A stretch of DNA of 63,865 nucleotides from a bacterium (GCA_023261545.1 JAHFOS010000004.1:1-63865); one strand, 5' to 3'; numbered from the stretch's first letter, positions 1 to 9,538 are shown. The notes: a model not told the origin generated them from the letters alone. Program-made: numbers and translations.

Positions 1-570
1 CTGATGCGCGGCGTGAACGACGATCCGCACGTCATGCTCGACCTCATCCACAAGCTCACCGCGTCCAAAATTCGCCCCTACTACATCTTCCACTGCGACC
101 AGGTGCGCGGGGCCGAATTTTTCCGCACCACCATCTCCAAGGGCCTCGAAATCATGGAGCACCTGCGCGGCCACACCTCGGGTCTGGCGGTGCCGACCTT
201 CGTCGTGGACGCCCCGGGCGGGGGCGGGAAAATTCCGGTGATGCCCAACTACCTGGTTTCCTTCAGCGAGGAACGCTGGGTGTTGCGCAACTTCGAAGGC
301 ATGCTCGTGGCCGTCGAGGAGCCGGCGCGGAGCTCGCGCCGTGCCGGCCGGCGCCGCGACCGCCGTCCCGTGGAAGGCGTGGCCAGTTTGCTCTCGGGCA
401 AACAGCCTTCGCTCATCCCCCAGAAGCTGGCGCGCTATGAGCGGCGCGGCCTCAAGCCAGGTGAGAACGGAAAAGGCGAGCTGCATAACGGCGGCAGTGG
501 CCAGGGAGACCATCGAAACGGCAACGGCCATAGCCGGCAGGGACAAAACGGCCATCCGGGGAGTTGTTGA
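1..570 (+). CDS. kamA: Lysine 2,3-aminomutase family radical-SAM/PLP enzyme. Only the C-terminal part is present (5' end outside the window). It carries an atypical ~80-aa Arg-rich then Gly/Asn/His/Gln-rich tail.
   Basis: Frame 1 is open from nt 1. The translation shows the conserved KamA C-terminal core RPYYIFHCDQ, LRGHTSGLAVPTFVVDAPGGGGKIPVMPNY and VLRNFEG. Both Asp residues known to bind the lysine epsilon-amino group in Clostridium LAM (in CD.. and VVDAPGGGGK) are retained. Confidence 0.85.
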   Translation: MMRGVNDDPHVMLDLIHKLTASKIRPYYIFHCDQVRGAEFFRTTISKGLEIMEHLRGHTSGLAVPTFVVDAPGGGGKIPVMPNYLVSFSEERWVLRNFEGMLVAVEEPARSSRRAGRRRDRRPVEGVASLLSGKQPSLIPQKLARYERRGLKPGENGKGELHNGGSGQGDHRNGNGHSRQGQNGHPGSC

Positions 571-578
571 GCACCGGC

Positions 579-1637
579 ATGAGGATCGGCATCGCTTACG
601 ATCTGAAACCCAAGGCCGCGCTCGCCGGTCTTCCCGACGACGCCTTCGAGGAGTACGATGGCGAAGAGACGGTGACCTTCCTCGCCGCCGCTTTGGGATC
701 GCTGGGCCATCAGGCCGTCCTCCTCGGCGGCGGCCGGGGTTTCCTTGAACGCCTCCAGGGCGAACCGGTGGATTTGGTCTGGAACCTCGCCGAGGGCTGC
801 GGAGGTCGTTGCCGCGAGGCGCACATCCCCGCCATCCTGGAATTCCTGGGCGTTCCCTACACCCACTCGGATCCCCTGACCCTGGCGGCGACTCTCGATA
901 AGGCGGTGGCCAAACGCCTCGTGTCCCAGGCAGGGGTGGCCACACCGCCCTTCACCGTAGCCCATACGCGCGGGGATATCTCCGCCGCCGCGCGCTTGCC
1001 GGGTCCGCTTTTCGTGAAACCCCTCGATGAAGGATCCTCCAAAGGCATTCGTGGCAATCCCATTTGCCGCAATCGCGGCGAACTTGAAGAGCGCGTAGGA
1101 TGGTTGCTGGCCATTTACGGCCGGCCCGTGCTGATAGAAAGTTTCGTCTCCGGACGCGAAATCACGGTGGGCGTTATCGGCAACCGGGTTTCCGACGGCG
1201 GACAAGGGCCGGCGCTGCTCGGGGTCATGGAGGTCCTGCCCCGGGGAGGGTGCGATCCGGACTTCGTTTACAGCCTGGAAGTGAAGCGCGATTTCGCGAA
1301 CCGCGTTTCCTACAAGGCCCCGCCCGATCTGCCGCATTCCCAGCTCTTGCGCGTTGAAGAGGCGGCTTTGGCGGCCTACGAGGCGCTGGAATGCCGCGAC
1401 GTGGCGCGCATAGACTTCCGGCTCGGCGAGGACGGCGTACCCTATTTCCTTGAGGCCAACCCGCTTCCGGGTCTCAACCCAAAAACCGGGGATCTGCCTA
1501 TTTTGGCTCGGCTCATGGGGATCGAACACGGCGAGCTCATCCGGCGCATCTTGGAGGCCGCCCTTGGGCGATTGGAACGAGCGTCCACACGTCTGGCCGC
1601 CGTTCCCGAAGCCGCCGTCGCAGCAGGTCGCATTTGA
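579..1637 (+). CDS. ATP-grasp ligase, D-alanine--D-alanine ligase (Ddl) family, paralog 1
   Basis: The ORF starts MRIGIAYDLKPK at ATG 579; the track ORF opens at TTG 564, overlapping the kamA stop. ATP-grasp motifs are PLFVKPLDEGSSKGI and RIDFRL...YFLEANPLPGL. Confidence 0.8.
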   Translation: MRIGIAYDLKPKAALAGLPDDAFEEYDGEETVTFLAAALGSLGHQAVLLGGGRGFLERLQGEPVDLVWNLAEGCGGRCREAHIPAILEFLGVPYTHSDPLTLAATLDKAVAKRLVSQAGVATPPFTVAHTRGDISAAARLPGPLFVKPLDEGSSKGIRGNPICRNRGELEERVGWLLAIYGRPVLIESFVSGREITVGVIGNRVSDGGQGPALLGVMEVLPRGGCDPDFVYSLEVKRDFANRVSYKAPPDLPHSQLLRVEEAALAAYEALECRDVARIDFRLGEDGVPYFLEANPLPGLNPKTGDLPILARLMGIEHGELIRRILEAALGRLERASTRLAAVPEAAVAAGRI

Positions 1638-1646
1638 GGTCGGCCC

Positions 1647-2672
1647 GTGGGCCGTGAACCTGCTCGCTGGTCCGGCCTGGATATCGCCATCCTCCATGAT
1701 GGCAAGGCCGCCATGCTCGGGCATGAGGGGGAAGAGGCTCATCTCGACGTGTTCGCCACCGTGGAAGGCGTCGAAAGGGCGCTGCTGCAACTGGGCCACC
1801 ACCCGCGGCGCGTCGGCTTGGAGAACGGCGCGCGCGGCGCCTTGAGACAGTTCATCGAGAAGCCACCCGATGTGGTCTTCCATTTCGCCGAAACCGCGGG
1901 TGGGGAAACCGCCGGCGAGGGCTGGGTCGCGGCCGCTCTCAACCTGCTGGGGCTTCCCCATACCTCCGCCAGTCCCGAGGCGCTATTGCTTTGCCGCGAC
2001 AAGTTCAAGGCCAAACTGGTGCTGCGCGAAGGCGGCGTGCCGGTTTCGGAACACGCCATCTCCAACGATGGCCTGCTTCCTTCCGCGCTGCCGCAGTCGC
2101 CCTGGATCGCCAAGCCCACGCTCGAGGACGGGAGCATCGGCATCGGAGCGGACGCCGTGACGTCCGAACGCGAGCGCCTGGCGACGCGCGTGCGCCTGCT
2201 CTACGACACGTTCCGCCAGCCGGTGATCATCGAGTCCTACATTGAAGGCCGCGAGTTCTATGCCGCGACCGTGCATGGGGAGCCGCTTCCCGTTTCCGAA
2301 GTGGATTTCAGCGGCTTTCCGGAAGACGCCCCGCGCATCGTCGGCTATGAGGCCAAGTGGCGGCCCGACTCCGCATATTATCGCCACACCAACACGGTAT
2401 GTCCGGCCCGGATTGCCCCTGAAATAGCCGAGCGCATCCAGGAAACGAGCCGCACCGCCATGGAGGCCCTCGGCGTGCAGGGTTATTGCCGCGTGGATTT
2501 CCGCATGGACGGCGCCGGACGGCTTTTCGTGCTGGAGGTCAACCCCAACCCTGATTTCGCGCCGGACGCTGGTTTGGCGCGCATGGCCGAGGCCGCCGGC
2601 TGGGGCTACACGGGACTGGTGGATCGCATCCTCGATCACGCCTTGCGGGCGCGCCGGACCACGGGAACGTGA
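1647..2672 (+). CDS. ATP-grasp ligase, Ddl family, paralog 2
   Basis: 341 aa with a GTG start 9 nt after the previous stop. Motifs: LDIAILHD, PWIAKPTLEDGSIGI, CRVDFRMD...LFVLEVNPNPD. Confidence 0.8.
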   Translation: MGREPARWSGLDIAILHDGKAAMLGHEGEEAHLDVFATVEGVERALLQLGHHPRRVGLENGARGALRQFIEKPPDVVFHFAETAGGETAGEGWVAAALNLLGLPHTSASPEALLLCRDKFKAKLVLREGGVPVSEHAISNDGLLPSALPQSPWIAKPTLEDGSIGIGADAVTSERERLATRVRLLYDTFRQPVIIESYIEGREFYAATVHGEPLPVSEVDFSGFPEDAPRIVGYEAKWRPDSAYYRHTNTVCPARIAPEIAERIQETSRTAMEALGVQGYCRVDFRMDGAGRLFVLEVNPNPDFAPDAGLARMAEAAGWGYTGLVDRILDHALRARRTTGT

Positions 2673-2801
2673 AAAAAAACACCTCCCTTGCCTTGCGCCC
2701 GCTCCGCAAAACGCTGCCGGAGTTTTGATTCCGTGCCTTCGGCCGCTGCATCGAACAGCGCCGCGAACTCGTCCAGCGGTTCCGGCGGCGTTTTAAGCTC
2801 C

Positions 2802-4094
2802 ATGAGTTCGAGCGGCGCACCTTTCTTCGCGCTGGATCCGCGCGCGCTGCCGCTGATGGTTTACGGGTTGATGGGTGACGGGGCAGCCCTCGCCGCGGCT
2901 GCGCGCGATCTGCCTATCTACGCCGGCCGTGATTTTCATGGCGGGAGCCTCGCGGAAATCCTCGCGCGCCAGCCCTTCATGGACAAGGCCGATTTACGCC
3001 GCCAATTTCCCGCGGGCTTCCTGCGTCCGGGCGAAAACCTCGCCTCCTTGCTCGCGAGCCGGCGCGCCGAAGTGGTGCGCACCTCGGGAACCAGTGGGGA
3101 TCGCCTCCAGGTATTGTGGGAGGCCGGTTGGTGGGAACGGCAGGAGCGCGCCGCCTTGCTCATGAATCCTCTTATGGCTCCGCATCTCGGCAACGGCTAT
3201 CGCGAGGCGGTGCTCACCACGCCGCTTTGCTCCGAGAGCGTCTGCAAAACAGGACCCACGACCATGGAGGAGCGCTGCGTCGATCACCTGCTGTTCCTCA
3301 ATACTCAGTACGACCCCACGCACTGGAAAACCGGCGAACTGGACCGCATGGCCGCGGAACTGGAGCGTTTCCAGCCCGCGGCTTTGGAAGCCGCTCCCAC
3401 CTACCTCGCCGCGCTGGCGCGCCATTTCGCCAGGACCGGCCGCCAGCCGCCGCCGCTGCGTTGGATCCTTCTGGCTTATGAATTCGTTTGTGGGCACGAC
3501 CGAACCGCCGTGCGCGAGGTTTTCGACAGCCCCATTTTCGAGTTTTACGGTCTCACCGAGGCCGGCGTTTTCTTCCTTGAATGTCCGCTGGGCCGCCTGC
3601 ATTTCTGCGGCTCGGAAAGCGTCGTCGAGGTGTTGCGTCCTGAGAATTGCGGGCTCAGGGAAGGCGTGGGCGAGGTGGTGGTAACCTCCTGGGGCAACCG
3701 CGCCGCGCCGCTGCTGCGCTACCGCACCGGCGATCTCGTGAGCGTGGATGGCGCCCCTTGCGGCTGTGGCATGCGCGGCGGTGTGCTGCGCCGTTTCGAG
3801 GGGCGCCTGCGCGATGTGCTCGCGTTTCCCTCCGGTTTTTTCACGCCCCGTGATATTGACGAGGCGCTGGCCCCTGTCTCGGGAATCATGCGCTACCGTT
3901 GCACTGAAGAAGTCGGTGGAGGGCTGCGCGTGGCTTTCGTGGCTGAGCCGCCAGCCGGAAACGGAAATCAGCTTGCGCAGGCTATTGAAAAATGTCTGGG
4001 CGATCGCTTGAAACTGGCCGTGCGCGCCGAGCCAGTGCCGTTCATCGCGCCGGAACCTTCGGGCAAATACCGCAGCGTGGTGCCGCGCGCATGA
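2802..4094 (+). CDS. Adenylate-forming enzyme of the phenylacetate-CoA ligase / coenzyme F390 synthetase (PaaK/CapK-like) family
   Basis: Motifs are the AMP-binding core TSGTSGDRLQV, YGLTEAG and RYRTGD. I chose ATG 2802, but the frame is open from TTG 2688, so the start is uncertain. Confidence 0.7.
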   Translation: MSSSGAPFFALDPRALPLMVYGLMGDGAALAAAARDLPIYAGRDFHGGSLAEILARQPFMDKADLRRQFPAGFLRPGENLASLLASRRAEVVRTSGTSGDRLQVLWEAGWWERQERAALLMNPLMAPHLGNGYREAVLTTPLCSESVCKTGPTTMEERCVDHLLFLNTQYDPTHWKTGELDRMAAELERFQPAALEAAPTYLAALARHFARTGRQPPPLRWILLAYEFVCGHDRTAVREVFDSPIFEFYGLTEAGVFFLECPLGRLHFCGSESVVEVLRPENCGLREGVGEVVVTSWGNRAAPLLRYRTGDLVSVDGAPCGCGMRGGVLRRFEGRLRDVLAFPSGFFTPRDIDEALAPVSGIMRYRCTEEVGGGLRVAFVAEPPAGNGNQLAQAIEKCLGDRLKLAVRAEPVPFIAPEPSGKYRSVVPRA

Positions 4095-4188
4095 GCCCGC
4101 TTTCCGCCACCGTTTTTTTACTCAGCGGGGGGGCGTGGTCGTGAACGTCCCCGTGCTCCCCAAGCGGCCTGGATCGGGAAAGCTCGCC

Positions 4189-5376
4189 ATGGACCCCGCC
4201 ATCCGCGCCGAATTTCCCATGCTCCGGCGCCTCGTCCACGACATGCCCATGGTGTATCTCGACAGCGCTTCCACGAGCCTGAAGCCGCGCAGCGTGCTGG
4301 AGGCCATCCGCTTTTATCACGAGGAAATCACCGCCAACGTCCACCGCTCCACGCATCCCCTGGGCGAGGCGGCGACGCTGCACTACGAGGGGGCGCGCGG
4401 GTGCGTGGCGCAATTCCTGGGAGGCCGCCCCGACGAATTGGTCTTCGTGCGCAACACCACTGAGGCCATCAACCTCGTGGCCATGGGCTTGGGACTCAAG
4501 GAGGAGGACGAAATCCTGATCACGCCCCTGGAGCATCATTCCAACCAGCTCCCCTGGCTGACAAGGGCGCGGGTTGTTTATCTGCCTTTGGATGCCGCCG
4601 GCTTGCCGGACGAGGAGCTTTTGGAGGGTCTCATCACGCCGCGCACGCGGCTTTTGGCCGTGAGCCTGCTCTCCAATATCACGGGTGCGCGTGGGCATAT
4701 GAAAACTTGGCGCGAAGTGGCCTCCCGGCATGGCATTCCATTGTTGCTCGACGCCTCTCAGGCTGCCGGGCATATGGGGATCGACGTGGCAACTCTCGGC
4801 TGCGATTTCCTGGCCTTTTCGGGACACAAGGTGTGCGGTCCCACCGGCATCGGTGCGCTCTGGGCCCGGCGCGAGCGCCTGGAGAAGATGGCCCCGACGC
4901 TCCTGGGCGGTGGCATGGTGCACACCAGCCGCCTCGACGGCTACAGCCTCAAGGAACCGCCCTGGTGCTTCGAGGCGGGAACCCCCAACGTGGAAGGGGC
5001 GTTGGGACTCGCCGCCGCCCTGGAATTTCTTTCCAGTCTTGGCATGGATGAAGTGGCAGAACACTCCCTGGCGCTGGGTCGCCGTCTAAAGGAGGGCCTG
5101 GCCCCCCTGGCCAGGCTTCGTTTGCTGGCCCCCGGCGCGGGAGATCGCTACGGCATCGCCAGTTTTACCGTGGACGTGCCAGGCCTGTCCGCCGAGGCTT
5201 TCGGACGCCTCATGGCCGACAGCTACGGCATCTTGCTCAGCGCCGGCCGCCACTGCACGCATCCCTACCACGACATGCTTGGCCTTGAAGCCACGGTGCG
5301 CGCTTCCACGCATGTTTACACAACTTCAGACGAAGTAGAGGTCTTCCTCGCGGCTACGCGACAGCTCGTGGGCTAG
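4189..5376 (+). CDS. Class V PLP-dependent enzyme, SufS/CsdA-type cysteine desulfurase
   Basis: Motifs: FPML...VYLDSASTS, the PLP-lysine motif FSGHKVCGPTGIG, and the loop SAGRHCTHP, which resembles the SufS RxGHHC persulfide cysteine. I chose ATG 4189 by analogy with SufS N-termini; the track ORF opens at GTG 4135. Confidence 0.8.
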   Translation: MDPAIRAEFPMLRRLVHDMPMVYLDSASTSLKPRSVLEAIRFYHEEITANVHRSTHPLGEAATLHYEGARGCVAQFLGGRPDELVFVRNTTEAINLVAMGLGLKEEDEILITPLEHHSNQLPWLTRARVVYLPLDAAGLPDEELLEGLITPRTRLLAVSLLSNITGARGHMKTWREVASRHGIPLLLDASQAAGHMGIDVATLGCDFLAFSGHKVCGPTGIGALWARRERLEKMAPTLLGGGMVHTSRLDGYSLKEPPWCFEAGTPNVEGALGLAAALEFLSSLGMDEVAEHSLALGRRLKEGLAPLARLRLLAPGAGDRYGIASFTVDVPGLSAEAFGRLMADSYGILLSAGRHCTHPYHDMLGLEATVRASTHVYTTSDEVEVFLAATRQLVG

Positions 5377-5453
5377 GTCCGTGCCCGAGCGCCCGCTCCA
5401 AAATTCTAGCAGCTTGCGCTCGCGTTGCTACCCCTACCCTGCCGCGTCCTCTG

Positions 5454-5539
<86 letters not shown>

Positions 5540-5575
5540 TTTGAAATCGCAAGGAATTCCCCGGAGTTTTCTGAG

Positions 5576-6364
5576 GTGATCGCGATCGTACTGCTGGGGA
5601 TTTTGCTTTCCCACGCCGTTCTCGCTGGCGATACGGCCGTCGAAAAAAACTCAACGCCGGCGCATCCCACCATCGGGATGAACCCCGCGCGCATGCTGGT
5701 GGACGAAAATGGCCGCCCCGTCCGCATTGGCGATTGGTTGGACGAGAAACCCCTCCTCGTCGCCCCGGTGTATTACGACTGCCCCTCGGTCTGCACCGTG
5801 ACGCTCAATAATCTGGTGCAGGCTCTGAACCGTATGGATCTCCAACCGGGGCGCGATTTTCGCGTCTTGACTTACAGTTTCGACCCAGAGGAAGGCCAAG
5901 AGTTGGCCCACCGCAAAGGGGAAGCTTACCGTGCGCTGTTGAGTCGGCTTCCTCCCGCCAGCGGGTGGGTCTTTTTCACCGGCAATGCCGGAGCCGTGAG
6001 CGGGCTTTCGGAGGATCTAGGTTTCGGCTATCAAAAGGAGGGAGAAGAGTTCGTCCACCCACCCATCGTCTATGTTTTAAATGCCAAAGGGCAATTGGTT
6101 CACTTGCGTGAAGGCACGGCGCTCGATGCGGCAGACCTGGATTTCGCCCTGATAGATGCTGGCGGCGGGAAGATCGGCGGCTTATGGGCACGGATCTCCA
6201 AGCTGGCTTATACGGTGGATCCTGCCACGGGTTGCTACGTTCTTTCTCCGCCCCGGCGCCTGCTGCTGGTTTGGCTTGCCTTTACGACCGCGCTGGTTGC
6301 GGGGAGGTGGACGCTCCTCCTGAGAAAGCGGCGCGGTATTGCACGCTCCCCAGCCCCCTCATAA
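5576..6364 (+). CDS. SCO1/SenC family copper chaperone (thioredoxin-like), membrane anchored
   Basis: N-terminal hydrophobic segment, then a CPSVC (CxxxC) copper-binding motif in the context PVYYDCPSVCTVTLNNL. A downstream His region (FVHPPIVYVL) is typical of SCO proteins. The gene lies directly upstream of the oxidase genes. Confidence 0.75.
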   Translation: MIAIVLLGILLSHAVLAGDTAVEKNSTPAHPTIGMNPARMLVDENGRPVRIGDWLDEKPLLVAPVYYDCPSVCTVTLNNLVQALNRMDLQPGRDFRVLTYSFDPEEGQELAHRKGEAYRALLSRLPPASGWVFFTGNAGAVSGLSEDLGFGYQKEGEEFVHPPIVYVLNAKGQLVHLREGTALDAADLDFALIDAGGGKIGGLWARISKLAYTVDPATGCYVLSPPRRLLLVWLAFTTALVAGRWTLLLRKRRGIARSPAPS

Positions 6365-6395
6365 TCGGGCCCGGGTCGTTTTTCAGGAGTTTTTC

Positions 6396-7109
6396 ATGAA
6401 GCGCATGCTTCCCGCCCTTATTGCAGCTTGTTGCCTCGCCTCCTTTGCTTACGGCGAGGGTTCCACCGTTTCCGGCACGGTCAAGTGGGAGGGCGATGTC
6501 CCCCCCATGAAGGACATCGATATGAGCGGTGATGCTGTGTGCCACGCGGCCCACAAGGAGCCCGTCAAAACCCAGACGCTGGTTCTAGGTGCGGACAAGG
6601 GCATGGCCAACGTCATCGTCATGGTAAAGAGCGGATTGCCCGCCGACAAGAAGTACGATGCTCCCAAAGAAGCCGTCACGGTGCACCAGCACGGTTGCAT
6701 GTACGAGCCGCACGTCTTCGTGCTCAGGGCCGGACAAGAAATCAAGTTCGCCAATGAGGATGGCATCATGCACAACGTGAACTCCACCTTCGCCAAGAAG
6801 AACCGCGGCTTCAATCTTTCCATGAACAAGGACATGAAGGAGTCGGAGGCCAAGAAATTCGCCAAGGCCGAGGCCCCTTTCGCCATCAAGTGCGATGTGC
6901 ACCCCTGGATGCTGGGTTGGTGCGCCGTGGTGGACCATCCCTTCTATGCCGTGACCAAGGAGGACGGTAAATTCTCCTTGGCGGGCCTGCCCCCCGGCGA
7001 GTACGAAATTGAGGCTTGGCACGAAAAGCTCGGATCGCAAACGCAAAAAGTGACCGTTGCCGAGGGAGCCGGCAAGGAATTGAACTTCTCCTTCACCAAA
7101 AAGAAATAG
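6396..7109 (+). CDS. Secreted blue-copper (type-1 cupredoxin) protein with a C-terminal CarboxypepD_reg-like beta-sandwich
   Basis: ATG 6396 is preceded by AGGAG (6385-6389). Signal peptide is MKRMLPALIAACCLASFAYG. Candidate Cu ligands are H in GIMHNVN and C/H/M in KCDVHPWM. The C-terminal GKFSLAGLPPGEYEIEAWHEKLG is typical of the regulatory-like beta-sandwich. Confidence 0.6.
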   Translation: MKRMLPALIAACCLASFAYGEGSTVSGTVKWEGDVPPMKDIDMSGDAVCHAAHKEPVKTQTLVLGADKGMANVIVMVKSGLPADKKYDAPKEAVTVHQHGCMYEPHVFVLRAGQEIKFANEDGIMHNVNSTFAKKNRGFNLSMNKDMKESEAKKFAKAEAPFAIKCDVHPWMLGWCAVVDHPFYAVTKEDGKFSLAGLPPGEYEIEAWHEKLGSQTQKVTVAEGAGKELNFSFTKKK

Positions 7110-7113
7110 GCTG

Positions 7114-8934
7114 ATGTCCCAAGCCGCCGCCCATGCCGCTCCGGGGGCTCACGCCCACGCGGAGACGCACCACGAAGAGCTGCCGTTCTGGCGCAAATAC
7201 ATCTTCTCCGTCGATCACAAGATGATCGGCCTCCAGTACGGTTTTTCGGCGCTCGCTTTTTTGCTTTTCGGTTTCACGCTGATGATGATCATGCGCTGGA
7301 GCATGGCCCATCCTGACCAGCCGGTACCGTTTGTCGGAAGGTTCCTCAGCGAAAACGGCGCACTGACGCCAGAGCTCTATAACGCTTTCGGCGCCATGCA
7401 CGGAACCATCATGGTGTTCATGGGAGTGGTGCCGCTGGCCGTCGGCGCCTTTGGCAACTTCGTGCTGCCGCTGCAAATCGGCACGGTGGATATGGCGTTC
7501 CCAAAAATTAACATGCTGAGTTACTGGAGTTTTTTTGTCGGTGGCGTCGTCATGATCTCGAGCTTCTTCGTCGAGGGTGGCGCGGCGAATTCAGGATGGA
7601 CGTCTTACCCGCCGCTGGCCGATCTTCCCGGTGCCGGACCGGGCCAGACCTACTGGCTGGTGGGCATGGTCTTCCTCATCACATCTTCGCTGTTGGGTTC
7701 TATCAACTTCATCGTCACCGTCATCCAGTTGCGCGCCGAGGGCCTTTCCTGGTTCCGCCTGCCCTTCTTCGTGTGGGCGCAGTTCGTGACTTCCTTCCTG
7801 CTGCTGCTGGCCTTTCCGCCATTGGAGGCCGCAGGCGTCATGCAGCTCATGGACCGCGTCGCGGGAACCAGTTTCTTCCTGCCCACCGGCATGGTGGTGG
7901 GGACGGCTCAATACACCAGCACGGCGGGAGTCCTCGAAGGCTACAATGCCTCCGGCGGCGGCAGTCCCCTGCTCTGGCAGCACCTTTTCTGGTTCCTCGC
8001 CCACCCCGAGGTGTATGTGCTGATCCTGCCCGCGTTCGGCATCCTCGCCGAGGTTATAACCTGCAATACGCGCAAGCCGCTGTTCGGCTACCGGTCCATG
8101 GTGTACTCCATCATCTTCCTGGGGTTCACGTCCTTCATCGTCTGGGCCCATCACATGTTCATGACCGGCATGGGCTCGACCATCAATGCCTTTTTCCAGA
8201 CGACGACCATGATCATCTCTATTCCCTCCGTCATCATCCTGGGCAGTTTGTTCATCTCGCTGTGGGGTGGATCCATCCGTTTCAACACGCCAATGCTGTT
8301 CGCGCTCGGATTTCTGCCCATGTTTGGCATCGGCGGGCTTACCGGATTGCCGCTGGGATTGAGCTATGCGGATATCCCGCTCCATGACACCTACTACGTC
8401 ATCGGGCACTTCCACTACGTGGTGGCTCCGGGCACCATCTTCGCGCTTTTCGCCGGCATCTATCACTGGTATCCGAAAATCTCCGGACGCCGCATGAACG
8501 AGTCGCTCGGCAAATTCCATTTCTGGGGCTCTTTCATCTGCATGAACGGCATCTTCTTTCCCATGCTGATCCAGGGGCTCATGGGCGTCAACCGCCGCCT
8601 TTACGACGGCGGCACCACCTATGCCGATCCCGCTTTCACAGCCGACAATGTTTATTCGCACGTGGCTCCGGTGCTGCACTTCAACAGCATGATGGCTTGG
8701 TCGGCCTGGACGATGGGCCTCATTCAGCTCGTGTTTATTTTCAATTTCTTCAAGAGCATGGTCTCGGGTGAAAAGGTGGACGACAATCCCTGGAAGGCGA
8801 CAACGCTGGATTGGGCCACGCCCACGCCCCCGCCGCACGGAAATTTCCTGACCCGACCGGTGGTGCATCGCGATGCCTACGAGTATAGCGTCCCCGGGCA
8901 CAAGACTGATTTCTACCCCCAGCACGAGGCTTGA
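7114..8934 (+). CDS. ctaD: Haem-copper (cytochrome c) oxidase subunit I, A-type
   Basis: 606 aa and multi-TM. Hallmark motifs are GNFVLPLQIG, WFLAHPEVYVLILPAFG and VWAHHMFMTG, plus HDTYYVIGHFHYV. Confidence 0.95.
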   Translation: MSQAAAHAAPGAHAHAETHHEELPFWRKYIFSVDHKMIGLQYGFSALAFLLFGFTLMMIMRWSMAHPDQPVPFVGRFLSENGALTPELYNAFGAMHGTIMVFMGVVPLAVGAFGNFVLPLQIGTVDMAFPKINMLSYWSFFVGGVVMISSFFVEGGAANSGWTSYPPLADLPGAGPGQTYWLVGMVFLITSSLLGSINFIVTVIQLRAEGLSWFRLPFFVWAQFVTSFLLLLAFPPLEAAGVMQLMDRVAGTSFFLPTGMVVGTAQYTSTAGVLEGYNASGGGSPLLWQHLFWFLAHPEVYVLILPAFGILAEVITCNTRKPLFGYRSMVYSIIFLGFTSFIVWAHHMFMTGMGSTINAFFQTTTMIISIPSVIILGSLFISLWGGSIRFNTPMLFALGFLPMFGIGGLTGLPLGLSYADIPLHDTYYVIGHFHYVVAPGTIFALFAGIYHWYPKISGRRMNESLGKFHFWGSFICMNGIFFPMLIQGLMGVNRRLYDGGTTYADPAFTADNVYSHVAPVLHFNSMMAWSAWTMGLIQLVFIFNFFKSMVSGEKVDDNPWKATTLDWATPTPPPHGNFLTRPVVHRDAYEYSVPGHKTDFYPQHEA

Positions 8935-8935
8935 A

Positions 8936-9538
8936 ATGTCGGTGGAGATACCCTACATCAGCACCCCCCGTCCCGACACCGGGCTCACCAACGCCAAACT
9001 CGGTATTTGGTTGTTCCTGGCCTCCGAGGTCATGCTCTTTGGTGGTCTTTTTTCCTCCTACATTATTCTGCGGCTCAATGCCGGCAGTCCTCAATGGAGG
9101 ACATGGACGAGCATCCTGAACGTGGAAATGGCCACCCTCAACACCTTCGTGCTCATCGCCTCCAGCATCACGGTGGTCATGGCCTGGGCCTCGCTGGTAC
9201 GCCATCAATTCTCCAAGTTCCGCCTCTACATGGTGCTGACGCTGCTTTGCGGCTGCGCCTTCCTGGTGGTCAAATACTTCGAATATACCCACAAGTTCCA
9301 TGAAAATCTTTTTCCAGCCACCAACCCCTTTCTGGCGGTGTATTTCACGCTCACGGGGCTGCATGGGGTGCACGTCGTGGGTGGCATGTTGACGCTCGCT
9401 TACCTGGCTTGGCCTGGCAGCGGCATGTGGCACAAGGATCCCACCCGCTTTACGGGCCGCGTGGAGTGCGCCGGGCTGTTCTGGCACCTGGTGGATCTCG
9501 TGTGGATCTTCCTCTTTCCCGTCCTTTACCTGATGTGA
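8936..9538 (+). CDS. ctaE: Cytochrome c oxidase subunit III
   Basis: ATG 8936 lies 1 nt after the ctaD stop. Motifs: LGIWLFLASEVMLFGGLFSSY, YFTLTGLHGVHVVGG and a C-terminal WHLVDLVWIFLFPVLYL. Confidence 0.9.
   Translation: MSVEIPYISTPRPDTGLTNAKLGIWLFLASEVMLFGGLFSSYIILRLNAGSPQWRTWTSILNVEMATLNTFVLIASSITVVMAWASLVRHQFSKFRLYMVLTLLCGCAFLVVKYFEYTHKFHENLFPATNPFLAVYFTLTGLHGVHVVGGMLTLAYLAWPGSGMWHKDPTRFTGRVECAGLFWHLVDLVWIFLFPVLYLM

Noticed and set aside
435-1961. 508-aa minus-strand ORF
   Set aside because: It is fully antisense to the two ATP-grasp genes, which have clear family motifs. Its translation is Gly/Arg/Ala/Pro-rich with no recognisable domain. This is a typical high-GC shadow ORF.
7591-8925. 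444-aa minus-strand ORF, plus several plus-strand out-of-frame ORFs, inside ctaD
   Set aside because: The ctaD frame carries unmistakable haem-copper oxidase motifs. The alternatives have antisense-type composition (Arg/Gly/His/Asp-rich).
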